DNA from: Stegostoma tigrinum
Lineage: Eukaryota
NCBI RefSeq assembly: GCF_030684315.1
Contig: NC_081355.1
Span: forward strand, 123,867,237-123,931,236
Reading direction: 5' to 3'
Length of the DNA: 64,000 nt
A program made the position numbers and the translations under genes. Numbering within the stretch: position 1 is the stretch's first letter; the number at the start of each line of letters is the position of its first letter. The notes below the pieces were generated by a model that saw only the letters and a program-made list of their open reading frames with translations, ran no database searches and had not been told where the DNA came from. This document shows positions 51,300 to 64,000 of the stretch, one piece after another.

Positions 51300-53545
51300 A
51301 TACAAACCTGGAAATTAGGAACTGAAGTTGTGCCTGAGTCTACTCCCCATTTTATGAGATCTGTTTGTATTTTGAGCTCCACTTTATTGTCCACACATAG
51401 GCAAGGGAAATATAATCTATCAATAATCTGTCTAACCCCCCTGCTCCGTCTTTGTTCTGAAAGGATGATCCTTAATTTTTTAAACGGTATCTCCTAGTTC
51501 TAGACTCACCTGTTAGAAGAAACATCCTTCCCACATCCACATTGTCAAAACTGTTCAACATCTTACATGCTTCAGTCAAGTCACTCTGTGTTCTTCTAAA
51601 CTCTGGTTAAAACAAGCCCAATCTGTCCAACCTTTCCTTTTAAGACAATCCACATTCCAGGTAGTGTTCAACCACCACCTTAGGGGCAAACAGGGAGTAA
51701 CATACTTTACTACTTAAATTTGCCAATATTATGAAAGATAACTGCCACGTCTTTGCTCCCCTTATCTAAATCATTGAAATTAATTGTAAGGATGCTTTTG
51801 ACACAGTGGTAGTACAGTACCTCTGAGCCAGAAGGCCTATATTCAAGTTACATTTGCTCCAGAGCAATGTCAGCATCTCTGAACATAATGATTAAAAATG
51901 TCTATAAATTGGAAAATACTGAGACCCTAGCACAGCACCATGGACAATACTTGTCACATCCTGCCAATCGGAAAAAGATCCTGTTTACGACTACTGTTTT
52001 CTACCAGTAGGATGAGCTTCTACTTTGTGCAACAACCTTTTATGTGATAGTTTGTCTTCCAGGTTGTCTGGTAAAATAAGGTATGAGCCAGTTCCCTTAA
52101 TCTTAAGTTGCTTCGTGACTTTGGTCCATATTCCTCTAAACCTTTACTATTCATGTAACTGTCCAAATGTGTTTTTAAATGTTGTAACTATACCTGCGTC
52201 TACCACTTCCTCTGGCAGTTCATTCCACATATGTGTGGAAAAAGCTGCCTCTTGGGTCCCTTGTTGGCCTCTTGCCGTAAAGTTATGCCCTATAGTTTTG
52301 AACTACCTGACCTTGGCTATTCACTTTCTGTATGCTACTTGTGATTTTATACACCTCTATAAGGTGATCCTAAAACCACCCATGCTCCAGTGAAAAAGGT
52401 CCCAGTCTATGCAGTCTCTCCTGATGATAACTCGAACCCTCTGGTCCCAGTAACACCCTTGTAAATCTTTTCTGTACCTTCACCAATTTATTAATATGTT
52501 TCCTATAACAAGATGACAGGAACTGTACACCGTACTCCAAAAGTGGCCTTATTAATGTCCTGAATAGCTGCAACATGGCATCCCAACTCCTATACTCCAT
52601 GCTGTGAGCAATGAAGGCAAGCATGCCAAATGCCCTGTGTGTGCATGCTGTCCTTTTCAAGGAACTATGTACTTGAACCCTAGGTCTCCCTGTTTGACAA
52701 CACTCCTCAGGACCCTGCCATTAACTATTTAAGTCCTGCCTTGCATTTATCTAAATTAACCTACCTGCCATTCCTTGGCCCAATTAATCAATATCCCTTG
52801 GTAATTTTAGATAACCTTTACTGTCTACTATACCACCAATTTTGGAGTTATCTGCAAACTTACTGACCATGCTTCCTATATTTTCACCCAAATCATGTAT
52901 GTAAATGACAGCAGTGGACCTAGCGCCAATCACTGCGGAATGCTGCTTGTCACAGGTCTCCAGTCTGAAATACAACACCACCACCTTCTGTCTCCAGCCA
53001 TCAAGCCAATTTATATCTAGTTGGCAAATTCTCCCTGAATTCCATGTGATCTAACTTCGACAAGGTTCTGCATTGTAGATTTTTTGTTAAAGACCTTACT
53101 AAAGTCCATGTAAACAACATGTACAATTTGCCTACATCTATCATCTTGGTCACATCCCACATCCTCTCCAGAATGCAGAGAAGTCTATAAAATTGTCAGG
53201 GGTAGCAATAGAGTAAACAGAAGAGCCTGTTTACCTTGCCAGGTAGTTCAAAAACCAGGGGCAGTAGATTCAAGATAAGTGGCAGAAAGATTAGAGGAGA
53301 TGAGGAAAAACATGTTTATGCAAAGATTGGTGGGTGCCTGGAATTCACTGCCTGAGTTGGTGGTGGAGGCAGAGACTGTAAGGTCTTTATAAACATACCT
53401 GGATCTGCACCTTAACTGTTGTAAGCTGCAGGACTATGGGCCATGTGCAGGAAGATAATATTAGAAAGGGTATCTGGATGTCTTTGGTACGACATGGACA
53501 AGATGGACTGAATGGGCCCCATTTGTGCCACATCAGTTCAACAGT
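51300..53545. mobile_element. Cluster of CR1 LINE fragments (mostly minus strand; plus-strand 3' end ~53170-53545)
   Basis: LIRPLLEYGVQF, VQKRFTRVL and SKFADNSKIGG motifs. Confidence 0.8.
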
Positions 53546-55809
53546 ACAAATAATTCTTTTGGAAGTCCAATGTAACTGCTAGGAGGCAGGAAAATAAATA
53601 TATTTGGAAGGCTCTATTGCTTTTAGGGAAAGAATGTTGAAAGAAAAGGAGGGGAGGATGTGCAAGGGTTTTCATTTCAAGTGGAATGATAATGGTAGAT
53701 TTAAAAGAGAGGGACCAGTACCCGACAAGAGAGAGTTGATTTTCATTTCAGCTTGGAAGGCAAGATGGTAAAGTAGGTGACCAGCAGTTTAGTGGAAAAA
53801 GGGTCAAGAGAAGCAGGAGGTGAATCTCTTCGGTAAAATGTGCTCCAAGAAGGCATTAACCAAAATAGGAGAGATTCTAGTCTATGTTTAGAGCTAGGGG
53901 AAGGAAAATCTTTGGGGTAGCTTGGTTTGACAGGTAGGGTTAAAGGAGGGAAAAGGCAACTGCCTTGATAGTCTCAATCTTATTGACAAAGTTCTTTTCT
54001 TGTTGTTGAAGGGGAGAGGGATTGTTAGTGTTGTAAAGAAGTCAGGATTATCGTCACATTCCAGGGTGACCTGGAGTAGTAAGCAGTTTTATGCAATACT
54101 TGATATGCTATAGCCAGAGTTGCTGATGAATAGCTAAATTATTTGTAAGCTATAAACATTCGGATCCGTTCCTTTTTCTATTCACTTGTGGGACGTGAAT
54201 GTCTCTGGCAGAGCCAACATTTTTTACCGATCCTAGTTGCCCTTGACAAAGTGGTGGTGAACTGCCACCTTGAACTGCTGCAATTCGTGTGCTTTAGGTA
54301 GATCCACACTGTTCGGGCTGAAATCCCAACAACTTGGATTTAAGAGAGTGAAGATGGTTCCTATACAGAGACAGGAACTAATGTGGGAGCCAGTAAGCAG
54401 TTTCACTTGGATGTTTGGAATCAAAGGTTGATATGAAAGTCTGATTAGGGAGATCAACACAATTAGAATGCCATAGTGAATAGAAGACCAAGGCTAGACA
54501 TTGTTGGAAGTTCTCAAAAAAATTTTGTTGTATCTCAAAGTAGAGTATTTAACTCTGGATGATTCAGAAGGTAAATGAGATTAGTGAGCATTACAAGGAA
54601 ATTATTAAAGATGGGATAATTTTGGAATGAGGAGGCAATGTCAGTTGGGTGGCCACAAGTAGGAGTGTTTCTGTAAAAGCATTTTCACTATTGCAGTTTT
54701 AATGGAAAAATGATTCTGCATAACTGATTATTTTTACAGTTAGTCTTTGTATTATTTCAGTGAGTGAAACTTAGATTTAGCTCAGTGGAAAAACCCTTAG
54801 TATAAATTTTGCATTGTATGGAAGGAATCATAAATATTCCAAAAATTCAGATACTTTATTGTACAGTATTCTTATTTTGTAACCACATCCTGATGTGGAA
54901 TGGAATGGAATGGAACAGGAAGACAGAAGAAAAGTTGCACACCAATTCTAACACAATGGAAACAGTTCTGCCCCATAGAAGTTCAAGTTCTCTGGCAAAT
55001 AAAATGATTTCAGATTTTCCTCTGAATTGTCACACATCAGTTCACATGATTTCAGTCTTGAACTAGAAGTGAGCATAATCTATATTAGATATTCTGAATG
55101 TAACTTATATAACCAAAAAGTATAATGAACAAGAGCTCCCCAATCAGCAATAGTGAAATACTGTAATATTTTTAGAGGATTTGGCTACCAGTTTTTTGTT
55201 AAATTCCACCCTAAAATAAGTTTCATTTTCCTTATAGAACTATTAGTAATTTATATCACAGTAAAGATTGTCATGATACAGAAATTATGCTGATTATTAT
55301 TACAGGCACTGAGGAATTATATTCATTTGGTGTTACAGGCTCCAGAAGGCCTTTTTTGAAAAAAGTATACTGTTACCCATTTCTTAGCAACATTCTTAAA
55401 AAGACCAAATATTGAGTACTGTTGGCATAGTGAAAAATATCAAAGAAACTAGTGGTTAGGTTGCCACGTGTTGCTCTGGCAAAGAATGCAAAGTGATTCA
55501 ATTTCAGTTGAAATTTATTCGTTTTAGCTAAATCAAAGAAAACTGCTTCATGTTCGAGCTAACATGTCTCTATGAGGACCACAGTTTCCATCAAACAGTC
55601 CATTGTAGTAACCTCCGTTAGACATGATCAGTTTTAGAATCCTTGCTCACTAACTTGCACTCCTTATTCCTTACGATTTTTCAGCAGATGGCACTGAATT
55701 GAGACAGATTAATTGTCAACGTTTTCACCATTATCCCTCAATTGTTAAGAGCAAACAATTAGATAATTTTCAAAATTTTGAAAGGATTTTAAATGCGATG
55801 ATTATGCAA

Positions 55810-56430
55810 TAACCAACAACCTGTCTTGGACTTCCCAGGTAGATGTGTCGGGCAAGATGGCACAACAATATCTCTTCTTCCTCAGGTGGCTCAGGAAATT
55901 TGGCACATCCACAGGGACCCTCACAAGCTTCTATAGATGCATCATTGAAAGCATACTGTTGGGTTGCATAACGGATGTATTGCAACTGCTTTGCCCAGGA
56001 TTGTAAGGAACTACAGAAGGTGGGGTGTGCTGCCCAGACCATCATGGAAGCCAACCTTCCATCCATGTACTCCACTTACACAGCTCGTTGTGACGGAAAT
56101 GCTGCCAACATCATCAAAGACTCCTTGTACCCTGGTAATAATCTCCTGCTACCTCGTCCGTCAAGCTGAAGATACAGAAGCTTGAACACTAGTACCAGCA
56201 GGTTCAGAAACAGCTCCATCCCAGCCATTATTAGACTGATGAATGGAATCTGGAGCCTCAAATAATGCTGATCTTTCTGACATTGATCTCACCTAGTATA
56301 CAACTTGTGTAATGCAGCCTGTTTGCCTCTACCTAAGTTTTTTTTAACAACCTTGGATCCGTACATATTTGCTTGTGATGTACAGTTTGTAAACTGATCT
56401 TTTCATTGTACTTCAGTATATGTGACAATT
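55810..56430 (+). mobile_element. Rex1/Babar LINE 3' end
   Basis: YCNCFAQDCKELQKV...AANIIKDSLYPG; RFRNSSIPAIIRLMN. Confidence 0.78.
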
Positions 56431-56654
56431 AATCAATCCTTGCACTAAAATTTAATGTCTAATAGAGAAACACATATTGCTTGAAATTTCAGTAGGGTGA
56501 ATTTATTCAATTTGTTTCCATTCACTTGGACTCACGTTGAGTAATCATCAAGCAATTTAACAGTTATTGGTAATGACGAATGTTGTAAATCCATCTTTGG
56601 AGAATAAGAAACAGGAAATTAGTTGTGCCTTTTTCATATTTTGAAAAATTAACT

Positions 56655-57005
56655 TTTTTTAAATTCATTATTTGGGTGAGGGCATCACTGGCTAGGCAGC
56701 ATTTATTGCCCATCCCTAATTGCCCAGAGAGCAGTTCAGAGTCAACCACATTGCTGTTGGTCTGGAGTCACATGTAGGCCAGAACAAGGATGGCAGTTTC
56801 CTAAAGGTCATGAGTGAACCAGATAGGTTTTTCCGACAATCGACTGGATTCATGGCCATCATTAGATTCTTAATTCTGGATTGTTTTTATTGAATTCAGA
56901 TTCCACCATCTGCTGTGGTGGGGTTCAAACCCAGTTCCCCAGAATGTTATCTGGGTCTATGGATTAACAGTTCAGCAACAATAGAATGAGACCATCACCT
57001 CCCCT
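56655..57005 (-). mobile_element. Full-length tRNA-derived SINE
   Basis: Reverse complement of the 16205-16540 family, with B box gggtttgaaccc. Confidence 0.75.
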
Positions 57006-58081
57006 TAAAGGGCGAGCATATCAGAACATTTTTGCTCAATCAAGCTTCACATTTTAAGTACACGAACTTAACAGTAATTCATCTCTTAAAGATTGTCATT
57101 AAAATTATATTTAATTTGATTTCTTGATTAGTTCTGACCTTTTATGTGTGTGTAACAAATTCACTTGAACTGCCATTAAGTTTTGAAATAGTGTTCAGGC
57201 TCTGATTCTTCAATATTTAACAAATCCGGGTTTTATGAGAATTAAGAAATCAGTTGAGCAACACATTTAGTTTAAAGTGAACTGTTGAAAAGAGCCTATT
57301 GGCAAAACACAAGTCAGTAGATTAAAGTGATTTGAGGGTACTGTAAGTTGGTGGAGTCAAATCTTTTATAATCTCCTGTGAGGCCTATACCCATGGGAAT
57401 CCCTCTCCTATTAATAACCATTGTGGCGTGATTGCAAAAATATCTACAATGAACTGATATTCAGCCAAACAGTTTTAAGTGATTCATTGCAGAATTAGCT
57501 ACGGCTTATTAGATGAACTAATTCCTAGCCAGTTGAATGGATTTTCTGCAGCAGATAACTGTCAGCACCTTTTCTTCTGAAAGTAACAAAGTAATAACAA
57601 TCCTGAAGCAGCAACAGATTTTTCCAAAAGCATTCTTATTTCAAATTTCACTCCATTCAAATGGAAAATGGCACTGGGTACAAAAGAAAATGCAGGAAGT
57701 TTCAGCTTATTTCACTGTTTCCACCTGTGTTAAAGTCTGTGTCCACTGTTGCTGCCATTAAATTGAAGCAGGAAACAGCTCCCATTAATCCAATATTCTT
57801 AATAGCAGTATGTGTTCTTACACATCATTGAGAATGGTTTTCAGTTCCTTCAAGCTTTTTATTGTATTCCTCCGTTTCCGGGCTGCTTGGCCACAACATA
57901 ATCTCCTTCAGCAAGAAAGGCAATAAGTTTGTTCTGTGAATATTTCCAAGTCTTCCTCCACTATTGTTGATCAATGCTGTGATGTTGAAACGTGGTTTTG
58001 GAAGTGTATAGTTCATGGCATTACATGGGCAAGACTAGGCAATAAAAGCTAAAGAGTAAATGCAATTCATCTAATAACAGA

Positions 58082-58250
58082 GATAATAGGAACTGCAGAT
58101 GCTGGAGAATCCGAGATAACTAAGTGTAGGGCTGGATGAACACAGCAGGCCAAGCAGCATCTTAGGAGCACAAAAGTTGACGTTTCGGGCCCAGACACCT
58201 GCTCCTAAGATGCTGCTTGGCCTGTGTTCATCCAGCTCTACACTTTGTTA
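58082..58250. mobile_element. Palindromic mini-PLE
   Basis: 14-bp TSD catctaataacaga at 58068-58081 and 58251-58264. Confidence 0.9.
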
Positions 58251-59676
58251 CATCTAATAACAGATTGACATTTAAAAATAAGAGTCACTATTCGATCCCG
58301 AGTGATCTACTTGAATGATTAAATAAATGACAGTCTGCAGATTTGATAGTCACTCTCTTCCCGTCTGACCTCAAGCTCTAACTCAAATACCATACACTAT
58401 TTCTTGCTCATTCCCATTCTAGCACATTCCCGGTATTATGTGTACTTCAGATATTTGATTGAATTTGCAGCTGTGGTCTTAGTGTTACTTGTACATTTAA
58501 TTCTGAATCAAAGTATTATAGGAAGAACAATTGACTTCATTTTTTTTGCTGTGTTCATGTGTTTAGTGTTACCTAGGCATTTATTTGAACAATGGGTGAA
58601 AACTACAAGATTATCTGTCAAGTTCCGCATCAGTGAACTCGGGTCAAGTCAAACAATGTAAATTTTCTAACACCCGCTGGGTAAAGTGGAATGCTTTGAG
58701 TACTCAAACAAGCCAGCCAACAGAGAATGAACAAAACTCACCAAATCTATCCATTTGGATTTAAATTATCACTTTGGGATTCAAATCATGGTCTTCCAGT
58801 CAGGCGGAGGCAACTTAATGCTTGCTGAACTACCATGAACATTTGAATCATTCCTCATGTAAATTCCAGGTTGAAAGATCAAACCTTGATAGATTGATGA
58901 CTGTAGCAACTTAATTGAAACTCCTGATGCTGAGGACGGGAGATGATTGCAGTGTATCTGAAATTATTTATAACAATATAGAATTGCAGTGTGTGAAATT
59001 GTGTTTTGACAGGGTTTTACTATTAATGTTTCAAGATAATTTTTAAGAATGAGAAATGCCATTAATGATATTTATTTTAGGCTTTTAGTTTAAATTATGG
59101 AAATAAAACATGCTCCAGAATGCATACCAGACACTTTCACTGGAGAACCATTGAAATGTGTTGCAATGAGCCAAAATAAGCAGAGTATTCCACTGGAATC
59201 TGTTTCACACCCTGCTGTTTTCTATGGAAAAAGTTGGTGGCAAAATCACATAATGTTATCCAGAAAAGGATTACTGTTTACTCTTGTTGTGGAGTGATTA
59301 AAAGCTAACTTGTATTCTGTGTTCAGTAAAATGTGGTAAACAAGCTTCCTGAACAGCTTGGTCCCGCATGACTGCAGTTCACCATCTAGTAATCATTTAA
59401 TTAACTTTTTAACTTTCACCAATACAGTTCTTAGCCCATAATTATATTTGGTGCAATGGCTCTTAATCCATAGGCTATACTGTTTTATAATTTTTGTCTC
59501 ACAGAATTTTTGAGACTACTTATAAAAATGATGAATGTTGTAAATCTGCTGTTAAATAGATATTCATGTATCTGCATTTTTGTGCCTGGTCACAGCATAA
59601 GGTGGCACCATGGGTATAACTTAGATTTTCTTGTCAATTTTAGACTGGCCCTGGTATCAAGCAGTGCTGAAAGTAT

Positions 59677-59893
59677 GGTAGACAAACAGGAGACTGTAAG
59701 AACACAGCAGGCCAGGCAGTATCTGGAGGAAATTAACCTTAATTAATCGATAATTAAGTGTCTTCAGGAATCCTGAAGAAAGGTAAAACCCAATATGTTG
59801 ACTGCTCCAGATGCTGTCTGGCCTGTTGTGCTCTTCCAGCCTACTGTTTGTCTACCTTGGATTCCAGCATCTGCAGTTTTTTTTTGTCACTAA
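59677..59893. mobile_element. Palindromic mini-PLE, third subfamily
   Basis: ggtagacaaacag...ctgtttgtctacc arms, tail on the right, degenerate ctgaagaa core. TSD ctgaaagtat at 59667-59676 and 59894-59903. Confidence 0.8.
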
Positions 59894-61931
59894 CTGAAAG
59901 TATAGCTGGGCCTTTATATAAATTGAAGTGTCACATACTTTTACACAATTATGGAATATAATCATTGGAATGTGCCCATGATTTTTATTTGAACTTTCAC
60001 TGAATGTCAAAGTAGTACATTTGTGTCCTTAATGTTTGTGTATAAAAATAAGTTAAGTGCCCTGTATGTTTGGATGAGGTCAACAGCTCTCTCAAATATT
60101 TTGTTCATAAATCTCACACGGATTGAGGCCGACAATTACGTATGTTGTGTCCTGGCTTGTGGGTACTGAACACACATTTACTCTAACATAAAGTAAGATT
60201 TATTACCCTAGTTTATAAACTTGGCATGGTGTCTAATAAACTATAATCCATGAGGATCTTGATCTTGACATGAGGTATTCAAAGATTTTTGCTGAGACAT
60301 TTGTTCCATCTGTTTAAAAGAAAGCATATATTTTCTTTAAAGGGCTTTCTCATATATTTTGCAGTTGTAGAAATCAAAGGTTGCAGCTAGTGTTTATTTA
60401 TACACCAGAATTTAAAGCCTAAAGTTTTTAACTATTATCAGTATGGAAAAGAAAACTACAGGAGATTATGCAGTGTTACTAAATCTTGCCACAACGAGTA
60501 AGTCTGGTTGGGAGAAGAAAACTTTATTTATTAACAGGCTCTCATACTGTTACATTGTATACCTGTACCTAAACAAGAAGCAACAATTTTACAGATTTCC
60601 TTTTATTAAGTTTGTTTATAAACGGATATGACTATGTTTGGCATTGCAAGTGGTATTGAGGTTTGCTTGAACACGTTCGAGTAAGGCTGAAATTCAAGCT
60701 TGAATTAATTAAGTCTTAACTTATAATGACTGTCAGTAAATAAGATGGTTTATTAGATCTCAGGTCAGTCTTTGATGTTTTGATCAAAGGCAATAGTTGT
60801 CCTGCTAAATCTAAACATGACGAATGCATCCCCATTCCAAGTAATCTATATATGGTATCTCTGACTCCCTGTCTTACTTAAAGTGATTGGGGCGTCAGTG
60901 ATGGTTCTTGACTTATTCTTTCAACTCAATTCTATTGCCATTTTAGTGGTAACTAATGTAATTGTTTATTTTCACATATCCGGTAGATCTGAGTGGATTA
61001 TTTTTGTTGTCTGCTGTACTGGTTTAAAACATGAAGTTGATGGAAAATGTAACATCAGGCACAGAATTCAGTCCTTATCTAATTGCTTTTAAAATGGCCA
61101 CCACCACAGAGTGTTGCCCTGCGTCCTGTGTTTCCCTGTAAATATATAGTAATGATTGCCATGTAACTTAAAGTCAGATCATTTGCTCTGTGTTTTCAAA
61201 TATCAAAAGAGAAGTAACATCCTGTCATGCTTGTCATTCCTGCAGCCCTGATCAACACAGCAGTCTCTTTTAAAGCCAGCCCCGTACTGGGATTCTTCTG
61301 TTGCCATGCCATGTGGAAGTTCAGTTTTGTAACTAACTGCACCACCCAGTTCGCCATTTATCAATGCTCCTTCATTGCTGACATTTTCACCACTTTTTTT
61401 TCCAACATAATACATTTAACATTCCCCTTTGGCTGCATGAAATCTAGCAAGAAGCAAAATTGTAATATAGCCGTGAAAATGTGGACTGAAATTTTCATTT
61501 CGAAAACAGTTTAATAATTAAGCCCTAAAATTTTATAAAAAGTAAAACATGGAACTCTTTGTTGCAAAGTGCTTGCCTTTAGTAAGATTGTTGACATCAG
61601 ATTTGTTGCTGGATTATAAACATTATTCTTGTACTTACTTTCTTTCTGGTTTTCTCCCCAGTGATAGGTTGGAGTCAGCTCAGGTAGCCGTCCCTTCATG
61701 CAATTGATGCTTTATTCTCATCTTTTTGTGATTATAAAGTTGGATATGTCAATGCCCAGAGTAATCCTAGGTCAAGTATTATTTAAAGATGAATGCAGCT
61801 TCTGAACTACCCCAAAGCCGTGATTTTTTTTCATAGTTCTTAATTGAACTGGCTGTTCATTTTGTTCAGCCTTCTGTAGATTCAATACAATGACATTTTC
61901 AAGAAAATAGCAGTATGAATTACTGAATTTA

Positions 61932-63232
61932 GAGATAATGAGAACTGCAGATGCTGGAGAACCCAAGATAATAAAGTCTGAAGCTGGATGAACACAGCAG
62001 GCCAAGCAGCATCTCAGGAGCACAAAAGCTGACGTTTTGGGCCTAGACCCTTCATCAGAGAGGGGGATGGGGAGAGGGTTCTGGAATAAATAGGGAGAGA
62101 GGGGGAGGCGGACCGAAGATGGAGAGAAAAGAAGATAGGTGGAGAGGAGAGTATAGGTGGGGAGGTAGGGAGGGGATAGGTCAGTCCAGGGAAGATGGAC
62201 AGGTCAAGGAGGTGGGATGAGCTTAGTAGGTAGGAAATAGAGGTGCGGCTTGAGGTGGGAGGAAAGGATGGGTGAGAGGAAAAACCAGTTAGGGAGGCAG
62301 AGACAGGCTGGGCTGGTTTTGGGATGCAGTGGGGGAAGGGGATGAGCTGGGCTGTTTTTGGGATGCAGTGGGGGAAGAGTAGATATTGAAGCTGGGGAAG
62401 TCCACATTGACACTATTGGGCTGCAGGGTTCCCAAGCGGAATATGAGTTGCTGTTCCTGCGACCTTCGGGTGGCATCATTGTGGCACTGCAGGAGGCCCA
62501 TGACAGACATGTCATCTAAAGAATGGGAGGGGGAGTTGAAATGGCTCGCGACTGGGAGGTGCAGTTGTTTATTGTGAACCGAGTGGAGGTGTTCTGCAAA
62601 GCGGTCCCCAAGACTCTGCTTGGTTTCCCCGATGTAGAGGAAGCCACACCGGGTACAATGGATACCGTATACCACATTGGCAGATGTGCAGGTGAACCTC
62701 TGCTTAATGTGGAAGGTCATCTTGGGGCCTGGGATGGGGGTGAGGGAGGAGGCGTGGGGGCAAGTGTAGTACTTCCTGCGGTTGCAGGGGAAGGTGCTGG
62801 GTGTGGTGGGGTTGGAGGGGAGTGTGGAGCGAACAAGGGAGTCACGGAGAGAGTGGTCTCTCCGGAAGGCAGGCAAGGGTGGGGATGGAAAAATGGCTTG
62901 GGTGGTGGGGTCGGATTGTAGATGGCGGAAGTGTCGGAGGATGATGCGTTGTATCCGGAGGTTGGTGGGGTGGTGTGTGAGAACAAGGGGGATCCTCTTG
63001 GGGCGGTTGTGGCAGGAGCGGGGTGTGAGGGATGTGTTGCGGGAAATGCGGGAGACGCGGTCAAGGGCGTTCTCGACCACTGTGGGGGCAATGTTGCGGT
63101 CCTTGAAGAACGTGGACATCTGGGATGTGCGGGAGTGGAATGCCTCATCGTGGGAGCAGATGCGGCGGAGGCGGAGGAATTGGGAATAGGGGATGGAATT
63201 TTTGTAGGAGGGTGGGTGGGAGGAGGTGTATT
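61932..63232 (-). mobile_element. Young 5'-truncated Neptune-like PLE
   Basis: TSD ctgaattta at 61923-61931 and 63233-63241; uninterrupted reading frame through the GIY-YIG domain. Confidence 0.94.
62289..63232 (-). CDS. PLE polyprotein C-terminal fragment (RT thumb/linker + GIY-YIG endonuclease), lacking its 5' end
   Basis: About 314 open codons: [44 protein letters not shown]...RFAEH. The N-terminal ~12 aa of the listed ORF come from flanking DNA. Confidence 0.75.
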
Positions 63233-63319
63233 CTGAATTTACTCCATCTAATGATACTTCTAGCCCCAATCAAAGACAATTCTTCAAATAATCTGGCCTC
63301 AAACATCTGAGTATCACAA

Positions 63320-64000
63320 GCAAAATCCTGTGATGCTGGAGATCTAAAATAAAACTAGAAATTGTTACAGAAACTCTGTAGCTCAGGCAACATCTGTGGC
63401 AAGAGAAGTGAAGGGGGTGAGAAAATGATGAATTTTTGTGTTGTTAACGAATAGAGAGGAGGAGCAAGTGGAAAAGATGGTGAGGGTGCCCAGAGATGCA
63501 GAAGAGGTGTGTGTGTGTGCGTGCGTGTATGTGCGTGCGTGTGAGAGAGAAAGAGACAGAGGTGTGGTACTGTGGCAGAGGTTGAGAAACTGGATGAGTG
63601 GATTCCTCACAGAAAGCAGGTCATAAGAAACCTCCTTAACTGTCTCCATGTGGGATATCTATGCTATGCTTGTAAGAATGGCTCCAGCCTTGCAGTTGCT
63701 TGCCATTTCAATGCGCCATTTTGCCAACATTTCTGTCCTGGGCCCACGACAATGTTCCAGCAAAGCCCAATGCAAGCTGGTCCAAAACATTTTAATCCCA
63801 TCTGGTCTCAACATTGAGTTCAAAATTTCAGACCATGAACACTATCTTGGATTTTTGTTCCCCCATCACCATACCTGTTTACATCGGTTTGCTCTCATTT
63901 TCCATTTGGTAAGTCTTCAGCCATCTGGATTCAGTATCGAGTTTAACAATTTTCGGGCTTGAGGCAACTTCTCCCATGTTTTGCCCCAACCCCCAGACAC
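63320..64000. mobile_element. Old PLE relic(s) with (TG)n/(GA)n microsatellite (~63507-63558)
   Basis: LAVACHFN and LQPSGFSIEFNNFR GIY-YIG C-terminal remnants. Confidence 0.6.

Noticed and set aside
61203-61415. MKX or another neighbouring gene's last exon
   Set aside because: No frame resembles MKX or any protein I recognise.
555-62060. Recurrent ~120-bp repeat as a CRISPR array or tRNA-SINE
   Set aside because: It is dispersed in both orientations, has no spacers or Pol III boxes, and is contiguous with GIY-YIG ORFs, so it is a PLE terminus.

Overview
This is vertebrate genomic DNA, most likely from a shark or other elasmobranch, judged from HE1/V-SINE, Deu-SINE and CR1 repeat types recognised from memory. 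It holds one complete host gene, RAB18 (+ strand, 7 coding exons from 8886 to 48360, 206 aa, all introns GT-AG), with a CpG promoter carrying adjacent C/EBP and CRE palindromes. The rest is mostly retroelement relics (CR1, L2, Rex1/Babar, Tx1, tRNA-SINEs, a probable solo LTR, a Tigger-like MITE) plus more than 20 insertions of Neptune-like Penelope-like elements (PLEs) from several subfamilies. The main unexplained structure is in these PLEs. Their terminal repeat carries a minimal hammerhead ribozyme motif (CUGAnGA-A-stem II-GAAAC-GUH). Many copies are fold-back (inverted) insertions with 7-21 bp target-site duplications (TSDs), a ~30 nt tail on one arm only, and ends or turn-around points clustering at the ribozyme. 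I also see arm homogenisation, a micro-inversion starting at a hairpin apex, a ribozyme core converted into a perfect palindrome, nested and apparently identical young copies, and long inverted pairs in RAB18 introns that could form dsRNA or circRNA. Most ORF-track entries are repeat-derived or random. All alignments were done by eye, and repeat boundaries are approximate unless a TSD is given.
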